Source of the DNA: Octopus sinensis
Taxonomy: Eukaryota
Assembly: GCF_006345805.1 (NCBI RefSeq)
Contig: NW_021826552.1
Coordinates: forward strand, 1 to 12,636
Reading direction: 5' to 3'
DNA: 12,636 nucleotides
Shown here in pieces: positions 8,823 through 12,636 of this stretch. Within the stretch, counting starts at the first letter, position 1; each line of letters starts with the position of its first letter. The notes below the pieces were generated by a model that was not told where the DNA came from, ran no database searches, and was given only the letters and a program-made list of their open reading frames with translations. The translations under genes and the position numbers were made by a program.

Positions 8823-9115
8823 TAAGGAATGGAGTAGATAACATCCGGGATAGTCATGTGTTTCATAGCGAGGTCAACCTCGGAAGTGGTAAATATGAAA
8901 GCGAGGTGTCCATCGCAGGCTACTCTCTTGATCCTGATCGAATCCTCCTTGTGTTAACCTCGGCCTCTTAAAGACAATGTAAATTTCATATAATCAGGAT
9001 TCCCTCGGTCTGAAGAGTAGCCTTCGGTATACATCTTGCTTGGATATTTACCGCTTCCGAAGTACCGCCCGCTATGAAACACATGTAGTCCAGATTTTAT
9101 CTATTCCATTCCTTA
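8823..9115. repeat. Long imperfect inverted repeat (arms 8823-8938 and 8993-9115)
   Basis: Collinear complementary blocks include 8855-8870/9070-9085 (16 bp perfect), 8917-8926/9014-9023, 8931-8938/8993-9000 and TAAGGAATGGA/TCCATTCCTTA at the ends. Confidence 0.9.
9004..9093 (+). ncRNA. Candidate degenerate type I hammerhead with extended stem II
   Basis: CUGAAGA at 9010-9016. Stem II is GUAGC/GCUAU plus CUUCGG/CCGAAG. GAAAC at 9076-9080 is followed by ACAU-GU-A. Stem I (CUCGGU/GUCCAG) is weak, with 2 wobbles and 1 mismatch. Confidence 0.4.
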
Positions 9116-9143
9116 CCTATTTTATCTATTCCATTCCTTACCT
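9094..9143 (+). repeat. 25-bp tandem duplication
   Basis: ATTTTATCTATTCCATTCCTTACCT occurs twice, exactly. Confidence 0.95.
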
Positions 9144-9345
9144 ATTTCTATTCGCATACCTGACAACACTGGCTGCCTACCGTGAAATATAAAATAATTT
9201 CTTTCAACTTATCGTACTTTGATACGGAAAAATCCCACAACCTTCGGCCCAATAAACCACTATTGTTCCTGAAAGTTGTTTTTTATATTTTCTACAGATT
9301 GCTTGAAGCTTACTTTCTTCCTTCACCTCGATTTTTGGATCTTAC

Positions 9346-9346
<1 letters not shown>

Positions 9347-9381
<35 letters not shown>

Positions 9382-9605
9382 CTAAATCCTCCCCTTTTTT
9401 TGTCCTCTTTCTTTCCTTTTACGATCCCTTTTGATCGAAAACCAACGCCCTTTTTTTTACCCCCAAAAGAAAAGCTCTACCTTGTAATTTGCTCTGTCTG
9501 TGTGCAGCCCTGTGTGGCTAATAAAGAAACATATCTATCTATCTATCTGTCTGTCTGTCTGTCTGTCTGTCTATATCTTTATCTATCTATCTATCTATCT
9601 ATCTA

Positions 9606-9652
<47 letters not shown>

Positions 9653-9690
9653 CATATATATACATATATATATATTTATATTTATATAAA
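9347..9690. repeat. (TATC)n/(TGTC)n/(TC)n/(TA)n compound microsatellite interrupted by a ~150-nt insert (9383-9530)
   Basis: Directly visible. The insert is pyrimidine-rich and has AATAAA near its end (9520-9525). Confidence 0.85.
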
Positions 9691-9744
9691 TCCATCTGTG
9701 TATGTGTGTACATAATTATATGCGCGTAATGGGTATATATATGT

Positions 9745-10015
9745 GTGTGTGTGCGTTCGTGCATGTATGTGTGTGCATGTGTCTGTGAGTTTGTATTTTC
9801 CTTGTCTTGTCATCACGTGCGTTCCCTCACTGGTTGTAAACAATGGCTTCACCAACTGTATCGTTTGCTTGCAGTCCAACGCAAAAGCACAGTCAAGGCT
9901 GCTTGTTCAGTAGTCTATAAGACTTAGAGTTGGCGACGGGAAGGACATCCAATTGTAGGAAACTGTCCCAGCATACTTCCGTCGGATCCATGCAAACATG
10001 AAGAAATAAATGCCG
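9745..10015 (+). mobile_element. Degraded SINE 3' half with RTE-like tail
   Basis: 9927-10006 aligns in two blocks with the RTE 3' UTR at 7111-7228. Confidence 0.65.
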
Positions 10016-10151
10016 ATTATATGTGTGCGAACCATCTTGTACTATTTAGTGGTCGAAGGCGATGGAAAATATGCATATGCGTTTCACATGTGTGTGTATA
10101 TGGACTTGATAGATAGAAAGAATGTGTTAACTCGTCAAGTGTGTTCCATAT

Positions 10152-10704
10152 GGTGGCTGCTCCCTCGTTATCGAGTATGGCTATTGCACGAAGCTTAATC
10201 AATGTTGTTATCGTGCAATGCCTGTGCAGGAAGATTTTTTTTAAAGTGAGGAAAGGCTGTGCACTGAGTCAATCCACTCACTAAGCAACAGCAGTCATAA
10301 TCCGAAAAGAACAAGTCAACATCATCGGTAACCACTGACCGCAGGTTTTATGTCGGAGTTATCCCAGTTACCTAAGTTACCTTCTCCTAGAAGGATGCCC
10401 TAACAAAGGCTAGGAGTCCTTCACTCCCAATGGTTTAACCGCGCGATCGGGTATTCAGTTCGATTATTTCTATATCCCCGCGCATGATACAGCCTTAAGA
10501 CATTTATTGGATGGCCGTTGACTCTCAAGAGTTCCTCCGCCCTTTGACGGGTTTTGTTTTTCATCCCGCAGGATGTCCAATAAACACCCCCCTCACCAAA
10601 CAAGCTTGGTGGGGTTGCCGGTTTAGTCGCCGACGACTCGACCATGCAACAGGTTGTACTGGTTACATGTTACCAGTAGCACTCAAAAGTGACTTGACAT
10701 ATAA
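10152..10704 (-). mobile_element. 553-nt non-coding retroposon with 11-bp target-site duplication (possibly an internally deleted RTE derivative)
   Basis: GTGTTCCATAT occurs at 10141-10151 and 10705-10715. The body is GC-richer and hairpin-rich, with no tRNA head and no convincing ORF. Strand is inferred from the tail CTCG-ATAA-CGAG...CAGCCACC. Confidence 0.7.
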
Positions 10705-10807
10705 GTGTTCCATATAAGTGTGTATATATACACATAATATTGACTACAATTATGTAAATAAATTGATTTTCTGTGTTCACACTCTCCATTTTCTTTATAT
10801 TATATAT

Positions 10808-11108
10808 TAAATACACTGCAACATAATTACTTTTCCTCAACAGGCCCTGCCCTATTTAACATTATCCCGAAACAGATCAAAGGGGAAAAGGATCCCAACA
10901 CCTTTAAACGGAACCTCGACAAATTTCTTCAACGAATACCAGATAAGCCACCTATACCCGGATACAACTCACTCAATAAGAACTCCCTACTCTAATGGAT
11001 CATGATACCACAAGACTTGACTTAAAAGAGATTTAGCTAATCCTATCAGGTAGTGCTATTAAGTTCGACATAGCCTGGACCAATCTTTGGTCGAATCATG
11101 TCTAAATA
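10808..11108 (+). mobile_element. 3' end of a CR1/L2-group LINE, related to but diverged from 1-305
   Basis: Translates NTLQHNYFSSTGPALFNIIPKQIKGEKDPNTFKRNLDKFLQRIPDKPPIPGYNSLNKNSLL*W. The 3' UTR block CAGGTAGTGCTATTAAGTTCGACATAGCCTGG closely matches 238-269. Confidence 0.8.
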
Positions 11109-11110
11109 AT

Positions 11111-11483
11111 AGGCGCTGGAGTGGCTGTATGATAAGAAGCTTGCTTCCCAACTACAAGGTTCTGGTTTCAGTCCCAGTGTGTGGCACCTTAGGTAAGTGT
11201 ATTCTACTATAGCCTCGGGCCGACCAAAACCTTTTGAGTGGATTTGGTAGACGGAAACTGTAAAAAGCCCGTCGTATATATGTATATATATGTATGTATT
11301 TGTGTGTATGTGTCTCTCCTCCACCATCGCTTGACAGCGATTTGGTTTAAGTCCCCGTAACTTAGCGGTTCGGCAAAAGACGCCGATAAGTACTACGCTT
11401 ACAAAGAATAAGTCCTGGTGTCGATTTGTGCTCCAACATGGCCGCAGTCAAATGACTGAAACTAGTAAAAGAATAAAAGAATA
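11111..11483 (+). mobile_element. tRNA-derived SINE, second near-complete copy of the 4399-4868 family
   Basis: Collinear with 4399-4868 in head, internal microsatellite and tail, with small deletions. Confidence 0.9.
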
Positions 11484-11628
11484 TATGAATACACGGGCAC
11501 ACAAATAAGCACACGTTCAAAAATATAGACACGCGTACGCCCCCCCCCCACACACACGGACACAAACGCATGCGCAGATAAGGATACACATCGTAGAAAG
11601 ACAGTATGGACTAAGCGGAACACGAGGA

Positions 11629-11676
11629 CGGAAAGGGTTACTGAAGAGGTCACAGATATGTGACGAAAGATTTCCG
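11629..11676 (+). ncRNA. Decayed hammerhead remnant
   Basis: CUGAAGA-G-GUCACA-GAUA-UGUGAC-GAAA at 11641-11668, inside an outer stem CGGAAA/UUUCCG. Stem III and the cleavage triplet are missing. Confidence 0.5.
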
Positions 11677-11900
11677 GATAGTGGACATTAGTTAAATAAG
11701 AATGGTAATAAACGAGTGAAGAACGAATGTGCATGTGTTTCTTATTTGGAAAGAAAGAATGATCATCCGAAATATAACAATGTATGTATGTCATTATTCA
11801 GTTTATTTCAAGATTTCTTGCCAATAGAGAAAGAACCGGTTTCTAACCTTGATTCAAGGTTCCTTCATTTGAATTTCAAAATCAACAACAGGGTATTTTT

Positions 11901-12041
11901 GTATGTTTGTATATATGTATGTATCTATGTATGTATGTATCTATGTATGTATGTATGTATGTATGTATGTATGTATGTATGTATGTATGTATGTATGTAT
12001 GTATGTATGTATGTATGTATGTATGTATGTATGTATGTATG
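11901..12041. repeat. (GTAT)n microsatellite
   Basis: Directly visible. Confidence 0.97.
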
Positions 12042-12478
12042 TGCAATTTTGTATGTTTTATGTATGTATTCTCATGCATATAGTTCCATATCTAGACATG
12101 CTGATATATATTCAAATGATAAACTTCTGGAAAGTTTTACAGATTTTCACAGTTCCAATGATGGATTGGACCTGTAGTCTTCGAATTAGCTTTCTCCTTT
12201 CTGGTCGTTTGAGACGCCTGATTTTCTCAAGACTGGTATATCGGCAGTGTGTTACATATCCTATGATTAAATATATGTATGTATATATGTATGTATGTAT
12301 GTATATATATATAGATCAAACTTACTTGGAAGTGGATGCGTGGCGTTCGATCATATAATAACAAAATGATAAATAAAACATATGCATAAATACATAGATA
12401 TATGTACGTACCTACATCTATATGTATATATATACATGCAGTCAAAAATTGTGAAGCATGACTGTCAACACTACTACA

Positions 12479-12523
12479 TGAACCTGAAGATTGCAGAATT
12501 CAATGCATGAAAGTACTAGTTCA
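12479..12523 (+). ncRNA. Minimal type I hammerhead ribozyme (near-intact)
   Basis: Reads UGAAC-CUGAAGA-U-UGCA-GAAUUCAA-UGCA-U-GAA-AGUACU-A^-GUUCA. It has a perfect 5-bp stem I, an intact core, a palindromic stem III (AGUACU) and a CUA triplet. There is a U-U mismatch at the base of stem II, and AATAAA follows at 12529-12534. Confidence 0.8.
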
Positions 12524-12636
12524 ATCAGAATAAACATTTAACATTCTACTATTTCATTTTATTTTATTCAATTATAATATATTATCTTATAATATATCAT
12601 TATAAGATTGTAAATAAAACGTGAAAATCAGGCAAG

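Noticed and set aside
11800-12270. Non-microsatellite segments 11800-11900 and 12100-12270 that look like repeat fragments
   Set aside because: No ORF, termini or in-window second copy to support a classification.
11716-12445. Long ORFs rich in YVCM/HTYI (also YI-rich ORFs at 2848, 3075, 4428, 7145, 7757, 9400)
   Set aside because: They are translations of stop-free microsatellites.
1-12636. CRISPR array or prokaryotic system
   Set aside because: There is no repeat-spacer periodicity or operon structure, and the sequence is clearly eukaryotic.

Overview
AT-rich, microsatellite-laden eukaryotic DNA. The repeat complement resembles an Octopus (cephalopod) genome; this is inferred from recalled repeat motifs, not from a search. 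There is one probable host gene fragment: a terminal coding exon (1083-1561, Ser/Pro/Asn/His-rich) with a likely 3' UTR. The rest is a mosaic of decayed mobile DNA: two Tc1/mariner transposase relics, two 3' ends of a CR1/L2-like LINE, a 5'-truncated RTE LINE with a PHD finger inside its RT, an RTE-like 3' end with three C2H2 fingers, and several SINEs. The most striking feature is non-coding. A 352-nt, highly base-paired unit (7325-7676) carries an intact minimal type I hammerhead ribozyme on the - strand, runs on into its own start, and is fused to an inverted copy spanning that junction, all inside (TA)n. This fits a Penelope-type pLTR or non-LTR retrozyme. Three further hammerhead-like motifs with no evident sequence similarity outside the core lie at about 9004-9093, 11629-11676 and 12479-12523. 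Most other listed ORFs are microsatellite or antisense artefacts.
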